Below, one piece after another: positions 12,263 to 24,661 of a DNA stretch of 64,000 nucleotides; position 1 is the stretch's first letter, and every line of letters starts with the position of its first letter. Source of the stretch: Gekko japonicus (lineage: Eukaryota). The position numbers and the translations under genes were made by a program. The notes below the pieces were generated by a model. It was not told where the DNA came from and did no database searches. It was given only the letters and a program-made list of their open reading frames with translations. The stretch lies in NCBI RefSeq assembly GCF_001447785.1, contig NW_015170315.1, forward strand, positions 26,035 to 90,034, read 5' to 3'.

Positions 12263-14354
12263 GGGCAGAGCCAGAAGGAAGGCTGCTGTGGGAAGAAACC
12301 CTCATCCTGAGGGAAGGGTGACTACTCTAAGGCCACTTGATAGTGAGCTAGGGACAGTATATATTTAGACACATTAGGGCATTTGATTTCTTTTCTTTTC
12401 ACCCACTTACTGTTACTATTCCTGCACCTTTCATTGTTTACTTTGCCTGGTCCTCACACCTATTATTCTGCCAAAAGGGAGGTCTGAAGGTCTTGGGAGA
12501 GTGCTCTGGGCCTTCTCAAGAGAGCCTGGAACCAGAGTGGTGGCAGCGTCAGGTGACACCCCACCTGAGTCGTGATATGGACACATCTCCCCTTCATTCC
12601 TATGCTAGTATTAGATGTTTGGTCCCCTGAACACAGGGGAGCAGGGACAGCCTTAGGCTATGCAGAAGAAGTCTCCGCAGGGTATGTGAATGATTAGATA
12701 AAGAGTAGTGAGTTGCATGGTGTGAAAAGTATGGCAATACCTTTATAGGGTTGTCAACCTCCAGGTGGTGGCTGGAGAACTCTTGCTGTTGTGACTGATC
12801 TCCAGGTGACAGAGATCAGTTGACCTGGAGAAAATGGCTGCTTTGGAAGGTGGACTCTATGGCAGTATACCCCACTGAAGTCCCTCCCCTCGCCAAACAC
12901 TACGCTTCCTAGGCTCCACCCCCAAAATCTCCTGGTATTTCCCAGCTTGGAGTTGGCAACCCTACATTGCTAACACAATGTCACATAGAGCAAAGCCATG
13001 GTCACCACATGTACAATGCCAGATGGGGACATGGCCAGATAATAGTTCTAGCGTAAATGTGCTGGTTGCTGAATACAAAGCTAAAATCTGTTGTGTAGTA
13101 AATGTGAATATAAAGTCTGATTGCAGCAAGATCTCTTTTGAACCTCATGGGTGAAAACACCCTTTGTCACATCTATCTCATAGATGGTTGGAGAGGCTCA
13201 ATGTGCTGCTCTGAGCTCCTTGAATGAAGAGAACATCAATGTATGCCTTTTCATAGGAAAAAAAAGGTTCTGTGTCTTTAACAGAGGTTTAATGGGATAT
13301 TAGTTACCAGTACCTTGGAAGGAACCACTGCAAGAGAAGCTTTGTGTGTCTGACTGCCGCAACCACATGGAAGGGTTGGCAAGCTAACACCAGGCTTTTA
13401 CTTGGAACTGATGATGCATTGTAAAGCATCACCTCCACCCTCTACATTTCTCCCGCCAGCCTAAAGTGGGCAAACGGAAAGCCTGCCACAAGGGCATGGT
13501 CAGTCACATGACTCTTGCCACCCTGTAAGCATCCTGATTGGAGGGTGAGCAATGACTTTTGGGATCAGACCTGATGTTCACACACTAATCAGAGCCATGG
13601 GAGATAGCAAGAGTGGGTGAATAAGTGGGTAGGGGTAAGTGTACTTGGCTTGTACATAAAGGGACCCTAATCATAAAAATGTTCTCTTATTCCAAAAAAA
13701 TACAAACATTCCCCTAGACAACGTTTCCTGTTCTGTTTATTTCAGCTCCTAAATGGATGCAGCAATCCCGAGATCATGACTGCCGCCTCGCTTCTTGCGC
13801 CTTTGCAACTTGTTCTGAAAACCTAGGCTCTTGTCATTGGCAGCTACAATATGTCCCTCATGCTCTCTATGGCCTGGGAACAATGAAGAACATGTGTTCA
13901 TTTGTTTGTTTTCTTATATTTTATTAAACAGTCTATTCTTGTTATTATGTCTAAAAGCTGATGGGCTAAACAGGCTTCTCTGAAGAAAGAAGAACATGTA
14001 ATGTACATTGGAGTGGATCCAAACCCCTATTCTAGCAAAGTTTGAAGCTTTCTGCTGGTCCATGGCTGCTAACTGCCTGGAGAGAAAAAGTTCTGTGTCT
14101 TTAACAGAGGTTTAATGGGATATTATTTACCAGGTGATGTTATTGGTCTCCATGCCACAAAAAGCTTCAGCTGCCCACTTCCACATATTAAGCCTCTCTG
14201 TTAGAGACAGCACATATTCTCAAGAACTGTAGTCAACCCTACTCCAGGCTAAGGATACTTCCTCCTACTTAAATGGTTCTTCCTTCAACAGAAAAGCCGC
14301 CTAAGTTGGAGGAAGGCTGCATCCAGGCCATCAATTGCATCACTACATCTTTCA

Positions 14355-14459
<105 letters not shown>

Positions 14460-14486
14460 TCAGCCAAGCAAATATTAAGCTAAGGA

Positions 14487-14790
14487 ACATAAGAACACAA
14501 GCGAAGCCAATGCTGGATCAGGCCAATGGCCCCTCCAGTCCAACACTCTGTCACTCAGTGGCCAAAAATACCAGGTGCCATCAGGAGGTCCATCAGTGGG
14601 GCCAGGACCCTAGAAGCCCTCCCAATGTTGCCCCCTCCAAGCACCAAGAATACAGTGCATCCCTTGCCCCAGCCTGTGAGTTCCTATCTATACCTTGTGG
14701 CTAATAGCCACTGATGGACCTCAGCTCCATATGTTTATCCAGTTCCCTCTTGAAGCTGTCCATGCTTGTAGCCTCTGCCACCTCCTGTGG
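14487..14790 (-). mobile_element. CR1 3' UTR fragment (further copy at 57825-58070)
   Basis: aacataagaac...ctggatcaggccaatggccc...gtggctaatagccactgatggacctc...ttgaagctg is the reverse complement of a CR1 end. Confidence 0.8.
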
Positions 14791-16164
14791 CTTCTCTGTT
14801 ATTCCTCTGGAGCATTCTAACACAAAATATATCTATATTGCTTCATCAAAGATTCAAAGGTTGGTGCAAAAATCATTCACAGGAAAAAGAAAAGTGAAAC
14901 CACTGAATCTGTTCCACTGCAAGAATCTGCTTCATGAAGTTGATCACAGAAGGCTTTGTATGGACCCATGCTAGCCGTTTCCCCACCCTGTTCCCCTTAG
15001 AGCCCCCCTCCCCCATCAGGCTGTGATTTCAAGCATAAATATTATTACACCCTTTGGGAGGTGGTCAAGAGATGTCTCTTTCTTAATTGTGTACACTGCC
15101 ATTTTTGGTGAATGCTCCGAGCTTTTTTTAATATCATGGTAAGGTTCAAATAAATTGATTGTGCTGCCAGTCTGTGTCCTCTTCTCTTTCCTACCAAGAC
15201 TTGGTGTCCCGCCAGAATCCCATCCAGCCCAGTGAACCTAAGTGAAGCTGGTACACCAGGTGGAAGCTTGGTGACCAGGTAATTTTTTTTTTTGCAACAA
15301 TTATTCAGTTATTGTTATAACCTTTTTGAGGAAGTCTAGTGCTGTGACTAAATGCTCAAATCCCTGCTTAGCCATTATCTGTCTATTCACTTAAAACATT
15401 TCTTGGCTATTTTTCCAAGCTGATGCAAAAATATAAATATGGCTGAGCTGAAACAGTAGGTAAACAGCAGTAAAAACCATGATGTAGCAATAAAACAAAG
15501 GAACATAACGACCACATCAAAGAAATCCGCTGAATGCAAGTTGAAATAAAAAGGTTGTACACCTCTTGTGGAGGGCTACAGAAGTGTATTTACTCACTTC
15601 ATTTGGCTGAGCACTTCAGAGTACTGGGGCTACTGCAATGAACGCCCTGCTGTTCTAATCTCAAACAGAGAAGGTATACAGTGCAGGGCTTGATTTCTCA
15701 ATTGCAACTGGTATATAGATTCCAAGAGTTTCATGGTGTAACCATTGACAAGTTGCTACCCACTTTGCAGACTTGTGAAGATGATACAGGAAACCACAGT
15801 TTGTTATAGCTTCTGAATCAAGCAACAGATTTGCCTGAAACTAACCAGTTAATTTGAGGATGAACTTCGAACTCAGCTTAAAGCCCTACGGTGACCGTTT
15901 GAGCCAAAAATCTCTAGGGCTCCACAAACAAACCTGTTGCCAACCGTCCAGGGGACTTGGAGGGTGTTGGGGGAGGCCTGTGCCCCTCCCCCGGGCAGGG
16001 CAAGCCACACACCCTGGCCCAAGCTCTCCTCTCCTCTTGCTTGGGTCCGCTCCCTTCTAGCAACAGCCAGAAAAGGGGTAAACACAGAGCCACACACAGT
16101 CCCAAGAAAGCACTTGAATGTTATGGCGGCCAGCACCACAAGGTGTGGGTGGGTGGGATTTAAT

Positions 16165-16363
16165 TAGGGCTGCCAATTCCCCCCGGGGGGCGGATTTCCC
16201 CCCGCTTTGGAGGCCCGATTTCTGCCGCCGCAGAATCGGGCCCTGGGGGAAACCCCACCCCAGCGTGCACGTCACCCCTGGGTGACGTGCATGCAGGGCA
16301 CGCGCGCTTGGGACGCCGTCCGGGAGCCCCCCGCTGCGAGAAAAAAAGGATTTGGCAACCCTA
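16165..16363. mobile_element. hAT-type MITE
   Basis: Same TIRs; perfect TSD gatttaat. Confidence 0.93.
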
Positions 16364-17836
16364 GATTTAATTAACTGTTCATAACTTCGGTTTTATGGTT
16401 TTATAATATTTTAGACTGTACTCTATTTTATACAATTATCTATGTTTTATAGTATTTTTTCTCTGTTTTTGGTTTGTAATGGCCTATGGCTAAATACAAT
16501 AAAACCCTTCTCTCTCCCTACTGGCACTATCTTTCAACTGGTCTCTCATCCCATAAAGTCTTTGCTGTGGAACCATATCCTAAGACTTTCCATCTCTCAG
16601 CCCACCCACTGGTCAATGTAAAGGGGAAGATAACAGGCATTTGAGTATCAACAGAGACATTAGAAGCACAGGACTTTGTTGAAGGAGCTCCTTCAGGGTT
16701 TCTTCTTGCAACCTCCACCACCCATGATTAAGTCTTATTGCGACCTCTTTGATACCCCCCCACCGGCTCCAGAAGTCTGCATGAAATAGCCACATCTATC
16801 AGAGGCTCTGTAAGCTGAGCAGACCAACCCTCAGCCATGCAAGATGGTGGCGATTATATAGGGAAATAAGCTTGCATTTCTTCCTTGCTAGAGCAGAGGG
16901 AGAACTTGTCACGGTGACTTTTTCAGCTAGGAATGTGGAAGTTCCAACAGGTTGAGCACAGAGTTTACATTCACAGCCAGATCCGTAGACCAACACAAAT
17001 AAACGGAGGTCCAGAGGTTTGGAAACATGTTTTCCTGTGTTTTGTTTGGGTTTCCGCCATCTTTAAACTCACGTGAATGGCTGAGATTCATGGCGTATTG
17101 ACACCACATAAAATGTTAGTAATCAAAACATCAGAATGGGTGGTTTTATAGCCCTATGCAATAATAGTTTTTTTCAGCACATTTGTTATGATATATGGTC
17201 CCGGATTCAGCATACACAAGGGAAAAAAAGTAGTACAGTGGCTTATTTAAGCTTTAACTGGAATGTTTAGGGCTAGTTCTTTTTGTCCTGCCAAATCCAC
17301 AACATTTCCATTTTCTAGAACACTTTGTGTCACAGTAGCATTAGCTCAAGATGCTGCCTATCATGTCCACTTGTGGAAATAGATGGTTATGTGAAGTTGG
17401 CCAAAGGCTTTGCTTGCAGGGTGGGGTGGGGAGAGATTGACTGGTGCTAATATCACTAACCATGTGCTGCCTTGACCAGAGGCCATTCCAGCAGCTTAAT
17501 GAATATTTCAGGCTACGGGGACACTCTGCTTCTCACACAATTCTTGACACAATTCTTAAAAAAAAAGAAGAAAAAGGAGACTCCAGCATAAAACGGCTTA
17601 TTGTGATTTGTTAACAGCATTTAAACTGCCTCTTGGTTTGGGATGAACCAGAATTCAGGATTTTTATTCCAATATAGCTGTGACTATGAGACGGATCAAA
17701 GGAAAACCTAATTTTATCCTGCGCATGGGACTAACTATGGGGTGGCTGTGGGTGGAGTGTCCATTTGGAGGCTTCATCTGCAGTCAATATAGGGAGGAGG
17801 ATGAAGCTAAATTCCATTTTCAAAATGACGAAGCTA

Positions 17837-18070
17837 GAGAGCCAATGTGGTGTAGTTGTTAGACTTGCATCTGGGAAACCCCTGTTCAAATCTTCACTCT
17901 GCCATGGAAACTGGCTGGGGGGACATTGAGTCTGTCCTGAACTCTCGGCCTAACTTACCTCACAAGGTTGCTGTGAGGATAAAATGGAGGAGGGGTGAAT
18001 GATGTAAGCAGCTTTGGGTACCCATTGGGGAGAAAGGCGGGGTATAAAATGAGGTCAATAAATAAATAAG
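17837..18070 (+). mobile_element. Older MIR/CORE-like tRNA SINE (relatives near 910-1125, 22695-22910, 27030-27180, 47140-47300, 53350-53520)
   Basis: gagccaatgtggtgtagt...cttacctcacaaggttgctgtgaggataaaatgg...ggggtataaa...aaataaata. Confidence 0.65.
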
Positions 18071-18394
18071 CTCTGCATCACTCCCGTTTTAGCCCTTTAA
18101 AGAGCTTTTTCCACTTGGGAAGAGGTGGAAGGAAAGGGAAAGGAGGGTTCTGAGCTGTAGCAAATCCCAGTGTGATTGCCAACCCCTGAGAGGATCCAGC
18201 TATGACAAAATCTCAGACTCCCCACTGATTACTGGTGTAAACTAGCAGAGCATATCTAGTGAATGTTTCCTGATTTGATGTGACGTGTACATAATTATAT
18301 TTCACTCTGTATGCACTGCATTTCATGATCCCCTTACCCTGCTATTTGTTTATAGCCACCTACATTAAATGAATGCAAAGTAAAGATTTGTTCA

Positions 18395-18526
18395 TAGCCT
18401 CTGAAGAAGCGGGCTCTAGTCCATGACGCTTATGCAGGAATGAATTTTTGTTAGTCTTTATGGTACCACCAAACTCCTGTTTATTTTCACTGCAACAGAC
18501 TAACACAGTGACCCTCTCTGGAACTG
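18395..18526 (+). mobile_element. Degenerate Penelope-like pLTR fragment
   Basis: ctgaagaagcgggctctagtccatgacgcttatg...ttgttagtcttta...gcaacagactaacac, homologous to the 54566 element. Confidence 0.55.
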
Positions 18527-18626
18527 TTCACAAGAAAGTAATTCACAGAGCCAAGTTAGCTGGGGTCAAAAAGCAACATTAAAGGTATTGCTTCTCACCT
18601 GGCAGGTGCACCTGCATGCAGACAAG

Positions 18627-18764
18627 GGCTGTGGTCACACACACTCAATAATCCACTTTCAGTCCCTTTTCAGTACACTTTCCAACTGTTTTACTGTGTG
18701 AACTGGCAAAATCCAGTTGGAAAGTGCATTGAAAGTGGATTATTTAGTGTGTGTGACCGCAGCC
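18627..18764. mobile_element. Short Harbinger-like hairpin MITE
   Basis: TIRs of about 35 bp: ggctgtggtcacacacactcaataatccactttca / tgaaagtggattatttagtgtgtgtgaccgcagcc. Confidence 0.8.
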
Positions 18765-19047
18765 CAGGAGAGGATATCCTACAGGCAGGTCTCTGGGGAA
18801 GCTCTCATTTCTTGCTGGGAGAGCCATCTGCCAAATGAGAAATGGTGCCTCTCATGTTCAATGTGGTATGCAGGGACATGGGAGGCAGGGAACCTGCATA
18901 CAGTGATTACAGGGACCAAATGACACTCCTGAATTAGCATACAACATTTCTCTGTGTTCACACTTGCAATGAAAAAGTACCAAAATGTTTTGGTGGTTGG
19001 TTATGGAGGAGGCTCAGGTCATACTAGATGTAGTGATTTTTTGCATA

Positions 19048-19680
19048 ACAAAGTTTGAGTCCAGGGGCACCTTTAAGACCAACAAAGCTGCGGTGGCTGG
19101 AAGTTCAGTAGTTCAGCGGTTCAAGACCCGGGTGCCGCAAGACAGGGTGAGCTCCTGTCTCTAGTTCCAGCTCCTGCCAACCTAGCAGTTCGAAAGCAAG
19201 AAATTGCAAGTAGATAAATAGGGACCACTTCGGTGGGAAGGTAACAGCGTTCCGTGCGCCTTGGTGTTTAGTCATGCCGGCCACATGACCACGGAAACGT
19301 CTTCGGACAGCGCTGGCTCTTCGGCTTTGTAACGGAGATGAGCACCGCAACCCTAGAGTCGGATTCGACTGGCTTTCGAGCAAGGGAACCTTTACCTTTA
19401 CCTAAGCTTTCGTGTGCACACACACTTCTCCAGATACACTGAAATGGAAGTTATTCCAGTTTGGTCCTTGCATCTGTCAAACAACTTTAATATGCTGTAT
19501 ACTAATTTGCCACTCACCCTCTACCTATATGTACGGACTGGTAACTTCCATTTCAATGTATATGGAGAAGTGTGCGTGCACACAAAAGCTTATACTTTGA
19601 ATAAAACTTTGTTGGTCTTAAAGATGCCACTGGACTCAAAGTTTGTTCTGCTGCTTCAGACCAACATGACTACTCACTTG
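19048..19680. mobile_element. Penelope-like inverted element interrupted by a Sauria SINE
   Basis: Left arm gtccaggggcacctttaagaccaacaaag...taagctttcgtgtgcac...gaaatggaagtta, with an inverted right arm at about 19535-19680. Hammerhead-like cores in both arms. Confidence 0.7.
19087..19402 (+). mobile_element. Sauria SINE
   Basis: gagctcc...ctcctgccaacctagcagttcgaaagc...aagtagataaatagg body with an (ACCTTT)n Bov-B-like tail. Confidence 0.88.
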
Positions 19681-19975
19681 ATTTTTTTTGCAGTTTTTCA
19701 GAATACTCAGGACTCTAGGTTGTTCAATTTAAACAACCTAACACTTTGGTAGAACCTGATTTTTTTTCCTGCTTTCCATGCCTACAACATGCTTTCCAGA
19801 CAGAGCTGCAGCTAGAGAATTAGTTCGTAGGTCAGAGTAAGGAAGGGAAACAGAGCTGGGAATGCCTTGATGACCAGCAAGAACGACACTTCAGGGACAC
19901 ACAAACATGTGCATGTATGCTGCAGAGGTCTCTGTGGTCCTCTGGCTTAAACAGGAAGTTCAAGGTGATTTCCTA

Positions 19976-20107
<132 letters not shown>

Positions 20108-20429
20108 TTAAAGGGAAATATAAGTGTAATCATATGTGCTCATGTACCACTCTGAGAACCAAAACTCATGAGCTGCAGCAGTTCGTGATGTATCTACAGC
20201 TGGTGATAGAAATGAGCACAAAAGCGGAAAGTTCTGCCCTCTATCTGCTGTGACATAGTTTCAAATATGCCATACATTTATTTCTATGTTTGGGAAGCAT
20301 TCAGCATTACTGAAGTGGCACTGTTCACATGGTGCCCACCTGCCAACTGAAGTGGTAGTGTCCACATAGTATAAAATAGATGAATATGTAGTTTTATTAT
20401 AAGCTGGAACAGCCACAAAGCTGTCCTTC

Positions 20430-21083
20430 TATATTTCAGATATTCAGCAAGAAGGGCAATTAGTTTGGAGGTGGGGTGGCTCTGTATGTCAGAGAGGGTA
20501 TACAGTCCAGTAAGATTGAGAGGGTAAGAGAATTGGATTCACATCTGGAAATGCTATGGGTTGAAATAGTGGGCCCAGAAGGAAACTTAACACTTGGAGT
20601 TTGTTATCGCCCACCAGATCAAAAGCTAGAGGAGGATTATAAAATGATGAATTAAAGATAGCGGCTAGACAAAAAAACTGTATCGTAATAGGGGATTTTA
20701 ACTACCCACACATTGATTGGGTCAATATGTGTTCTAGTCGGGAAAAAGAGATTTTGTTTCTAGACACTCTCAATGACTGTGCTATGGAGCAGATGGTCAC
20801 GGTACCTACCAGGGGAGAGGCGATCCTGGATTTGGTCCTAAGTAATGCCCAAGACATGGTGAGAGATGTAAAAGTGATTGCACCACTTGGGAACAGTGAC
20901 GATAATGTTATTGAGTTCAACATTTGTGTAAATAGGGAATTGGCCAAAAAGACTGACACAACCACTTTTAACTTTAAAAGGGGTAACTTCTCTGATATGA
21001 GGGGACATGTGAGGACGAAACTGAAAGGAAAAGTAGAAAGGGTCAAAACCATTGGGGAAGCTTGGACACTATTTAAGACTATA
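20430..21083 (+). mobile_element. CR1 LINE ORF2 fragment (apurinic endonuclease region), decayed
   Basis: Motifs GGVALYVRE, GVCYRPPDQ, IGDFNYPHIDW, PTRGEAILDLVLSN, LGNSDDNVIEF, FNFKRGNF. Confidence 0.93.
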
Positions 21084-21084
21084 T

Positions 21085-21375
21085 TGTGTAGTGGGTTAGC
21101 CGCATGGATGAAGGACACAAGTCTGCATGGTACACAGCACGCTTTATTGGTACACAACAAGAACAACCATTAACGGCCGACTGGCCAACTATATACACTC
21201 CTGGGGACACACCCATGGGTCCCGTTGGTGGGTTTGAATTGGTTCCATTGGTTCACCAGTGTAGGGACTAGGAGCCTAGTCCCTATTGTTCTCCCAGAGC
21301 GACTGGATGGGCCATTGGCCTGTTGGTGTATAAGCTTCAGCACTATGATCAGGAGCATCTATGTGACAGTTGACA
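21085..21375 (-). mobile_element. Possible solo LTR truncating the CR1 fragment
   Basis: TG...CA ends, with AATAAA and a TATA-like element on the minus strand. No clear target-site duplication (TSD). Confidence 0.35.
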
Positions 21376-22911
21376 GCTGCACTGAACCAGATTCAGCCAG
21401 TTTGGACTTAGGCAGAGGCAAGCCAAGTCACCATGATTCAGCACTACTCTGATTGGCTGATCGATATATATATGTGAATGTATTGCACTATATTCTCTCT
21501 CTCTCTGATGGTGGATGGTGTCTGGCGGAGCATTTTGTTAGAGAGCTGTATAATTTGTAAATAAATTCCTGTATATAGTAACCACTGGACTGTCTCAGTG
21601 TGGTTGACTATAGAAAAGCCTCTGGTTGCAAGGAATGACTGCTGGTGAGTGCAAGTGTGACTGAGGTTCTGGTTCAACTGTTCCAGATGCGCTGCGCAAC
21701 ATGGCCTGATCCAACATTGACTTCTCTTATGTTCTTATGAGCTGCTGTTAAAAGGACAGATAAAGAGGCCAGGTGAACAGTTGGGAAGCCTACAGGCAAA
21801 GTCTGGTATTTTTGCAGTTTTTTACCTGGACAGTCAGTGAAAAAGACTGTCCAGGTCAATACCGGACAAGTGGCCACCTTACCAATAACAGATATTGGGG
21901 GTAGGACAAAACAAGAAGTCTTTACCCACCGTTGGAAGGCAACCGGGGGAGGAAGTTCCTAAATTTTGGCATCATGACTGAGAAGGCCTGTCTAGCGATC
22001 CGTCTAGTCTCAGACAGCAGGGGCACACAAAGACCTCCAAAGATGACTAGAGTGGACAGGTAGGTTGAACACACACAGAGAGATGAAGCTGCCTTAAACT
22101 TAATCAGACCCTTGGTCCATCAAAGTCAATATTGTCTACTCAGACCAGCAGTGTCTCTCCAGGGTCTCAATCTGAGGTCTTTCACATCACCTCCTACCTG
22201 ATCCTTTTAACTGGAGATGCCGAGGAGGCAGCCCTTAAGGTATGCTAGTTCCAAACCATACATGGCTTTAAAGGTCAATACCAGCACCCTGAACTGGGCC
22301 GGGAAATAAACTGGGAGCCAGTATACATACAGGACTGGACAATCCATGCCAGTCAACATTCTGTACCACCTGGAGCTTCCAGACAGGCTTCAAGGGCAGC
22401 CCCACGTATAGCTCATCAAAGGGACAGGGGAATTTTTCCTTGGCCAGCTGGCAATGCTACTCATAGCAGAGTGGGTATTTCAGCCCAGGCCTCCATATCC
22501 AACTCCCTTTCCAGAGGCTGCCATTGTTAGGCAGAAAATGCTATTTAGAACACCCACCTAAAATGCATATTGTTCTGAGGGCTAGTTTCACCATTGGCAA
22601 CATTAGCTTCAAAGAGATCTTGGCAAGATTACTTCAGGAGACAGAGTGGCACAGGTACAGCCAAAGCAGTTCAATACGTAGAAGTCAATATGAGCACCCC
22701 TGTGTTGTGGTGGTTACAGTATCAGACTAGGATCTCGGAGACCCAGGTTTGAATCTCAACTCTGTCATGAAAATTTGCTGGGTGACCTTGGGACAGTCAC
22801 ACACTCTCAGCCTAGCCTAACTCACAGGGTTGTTATGTGGGCAAAAGGGAAGAAAGGAGAACCAAGTAAGCCACTTTGGATCCCCGGTGGGGAGAAAGGC
22901 ACGGTATAAAC

Positions 22912-23305
22912 CAGGGGTGTCAAACATGCAGCCCAGGGGGCTTCTATCAGGCCCACAGTGGAACTGGCTGTCTTCTGCTGCTGCTTCCAGTTCTGCTGCT
23001 GTTGCATCATACTCAAGATTGCAACAGCACAAACATTTTGATGCAATAAAATAATAAAAATAATTCCGAGCAAGAGGTGTCAGCTATCAGACACTGTTAA
23101 ATAAACAAAATATTACAAGAGTGCTAATGTTTTAAGCACGTTTTTATTTTAAGTAAAAAACACCTTTGTGTTTGTGTCCTTTATAAAGTTTATATCTCCG
23201 CTATCTGGCATTATATTTTATGACACACATGATACATTATGACGCACAACAAGGTCTCATTTATGTCAAATCCAGCCCTCATAACAAATGAGTTTGACAC
23301 TCCTG
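22912..23305. mobile_element. hAT (Charlie-like) MITE inserted in a SINE tail
   Basis: TIRs caggggtgtcaaac/gtttgacactcctg; perfect TSD gtataaac. Confidence 0.92.
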
Positions 23306-23490
23306 GTATAAACGAAGTAAAATAAACAGACTTAAAAAGAAGTGAAACCTTTTACAACATGATATATTAAGGTACACTTAAAAGCACAGGAACAGAAATT
23401 GGTTAAAAAAAAAGGCAAGTATAGTTTACTGCAACTAAGGACATAAACTTTAATTTCTATTCTCCTGGATTGCTTTCTTTAAGCTTTTAC

Positions 23491-23558
23491 CCCGACAGAC
23501 ATTGTACAATTAACTTCTTAATGGGCCAAAATTCAGTAGACAAGGCTTTCCTCAACAT
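23491..23558 (-). CDS. RBPJL: Candidate first coding exon of RBPJL
   Basis: ATG at 23558 opens MLRKALSTEFWPIKKLIVQCLS-GG|gtaaaa. It ends in phase 2, which the exon starting at 20102 requires. It lies in non-repetitive DNA with a CACCTG E-box about 45 nt upstream. No homology support from recall. Confidence 0.4.
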
Positions 23559-24037
23559 GGAGATACTGTGAGGGGCATTTGTTTGATTTCTGCCTGTCAA
23601 GCAGGTGTTGCAGAAACACAGCCTCTGCTAGACAAAACAAGGTAGTGATAACCCTTGTTTCAGGAGACAGGATACTGATATTGTACAGCAGTGACTGTAC
23701 AGTGTTGTACAATGATGTGCTGTGTCGGACAGCAACCCAAACCAAACACAGAAGTTCTCAGTTAAAAATTGAGATCAGTTCAGGCATACACAAATTGGAA
23801 ATATATATAATTTACAAGAGCTAGAGCAAAGAGAATGGAATCAGGTTTTTATAGAGAGTCCATTCCATCGCTGTTCTGAAGTTTCTTCATACTAAGAAAG
23901 CACACACATTGCAAAGTAGGTCTTGTTAGAAATTCAGTTTTGGTACAATAATGATGGGTAAAAGGAACACGGGGTACCCATAATCCTAAGAGAGAGGACA
24001 AAAAAGGGGGAAGGCAAACTCAACCCTAAAATATACC

Positions 24038-24349
24038 AGCACTGTTCGAGGGGTCAAGCTAACAAAGATAAATATTATCAAAAATATCTTTTTATTTATG
24101 GTATACACAATAGCAAGTATAAAAGATTAAAAACAAGCAGTCTGAAGATCAGACTTCAAAGAACATCAGCATGAGCTTGAAATAAATGTTAGTCATTTTA
24201 CATACAGAGTTGATGATTTCACATACAAGCCAAACTTTTTAAATAGTTATTTATTACTTATATTTATTTTAATCATTTCGCTTTCTTTTCTTTTTTGTAC
24301 ATTTTCAGAAAGCAGCACCTGGCTTCAGTTTATATATATTTGCTTCTCG

Positions 24350-24387
<38 letters not shown>

Positions 24388-24661
24388 TCATAGTATTATT
24401 GACCACTGAGGAAGGCCCTAGAGGCCAAAACACGAATGGTCCCATTGGTCATTTGATATAGTCATCATCTATGTATGTGATATCATCAACTCTGTATGTA
24501 AAATGGCTAAAGCTTATTTCAAGCTCATGTTGATGTTCTTTGAAGTCTGATCTTCAGACTGTGTTTTTAATCTTTTATATTTGTTATTGTGTACACCATA
24601 AATAAAAATATATTTTTGATAATAGTTATCTTTAAGTTAGCTTGACCCTTTGAACAGTGCT
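24038..24661. repeat. Long inverted repeat (arms 24038-24227 and 24472-24661) around a (TG)n tract; probably an inverted Penelope-like pLTR
   Basis: The 190-bp arms are reverse complements with scattered mismatches. The spacer holds a hammerhead-like motif at 24401-24441. Confidence 0.85.
24351..24386 (+). repeat. (TG)n microsatellite
   Basis: About 18 TG units. Confidence 0.98.

Noticed and set aside
13262-14215. Duplicated 50-bp segment at about 13265 and 14087 with a local hairpin
   Set aside because: Best explained as fragments of an old hAT-type MITE family rather than a locus-specific structure.
15740-15945. Weakly coding-like stretch (EDELRTQLKALR...)
   Set aside because: Interrupted by stop codons and no family could be assigned; possibly an old repeat.
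20727-21173. 148-aa ORF as a host gene
   Set aside because: It is a CR1 ORF2 fragment with an upstream frameshift, truncated by another insertion.
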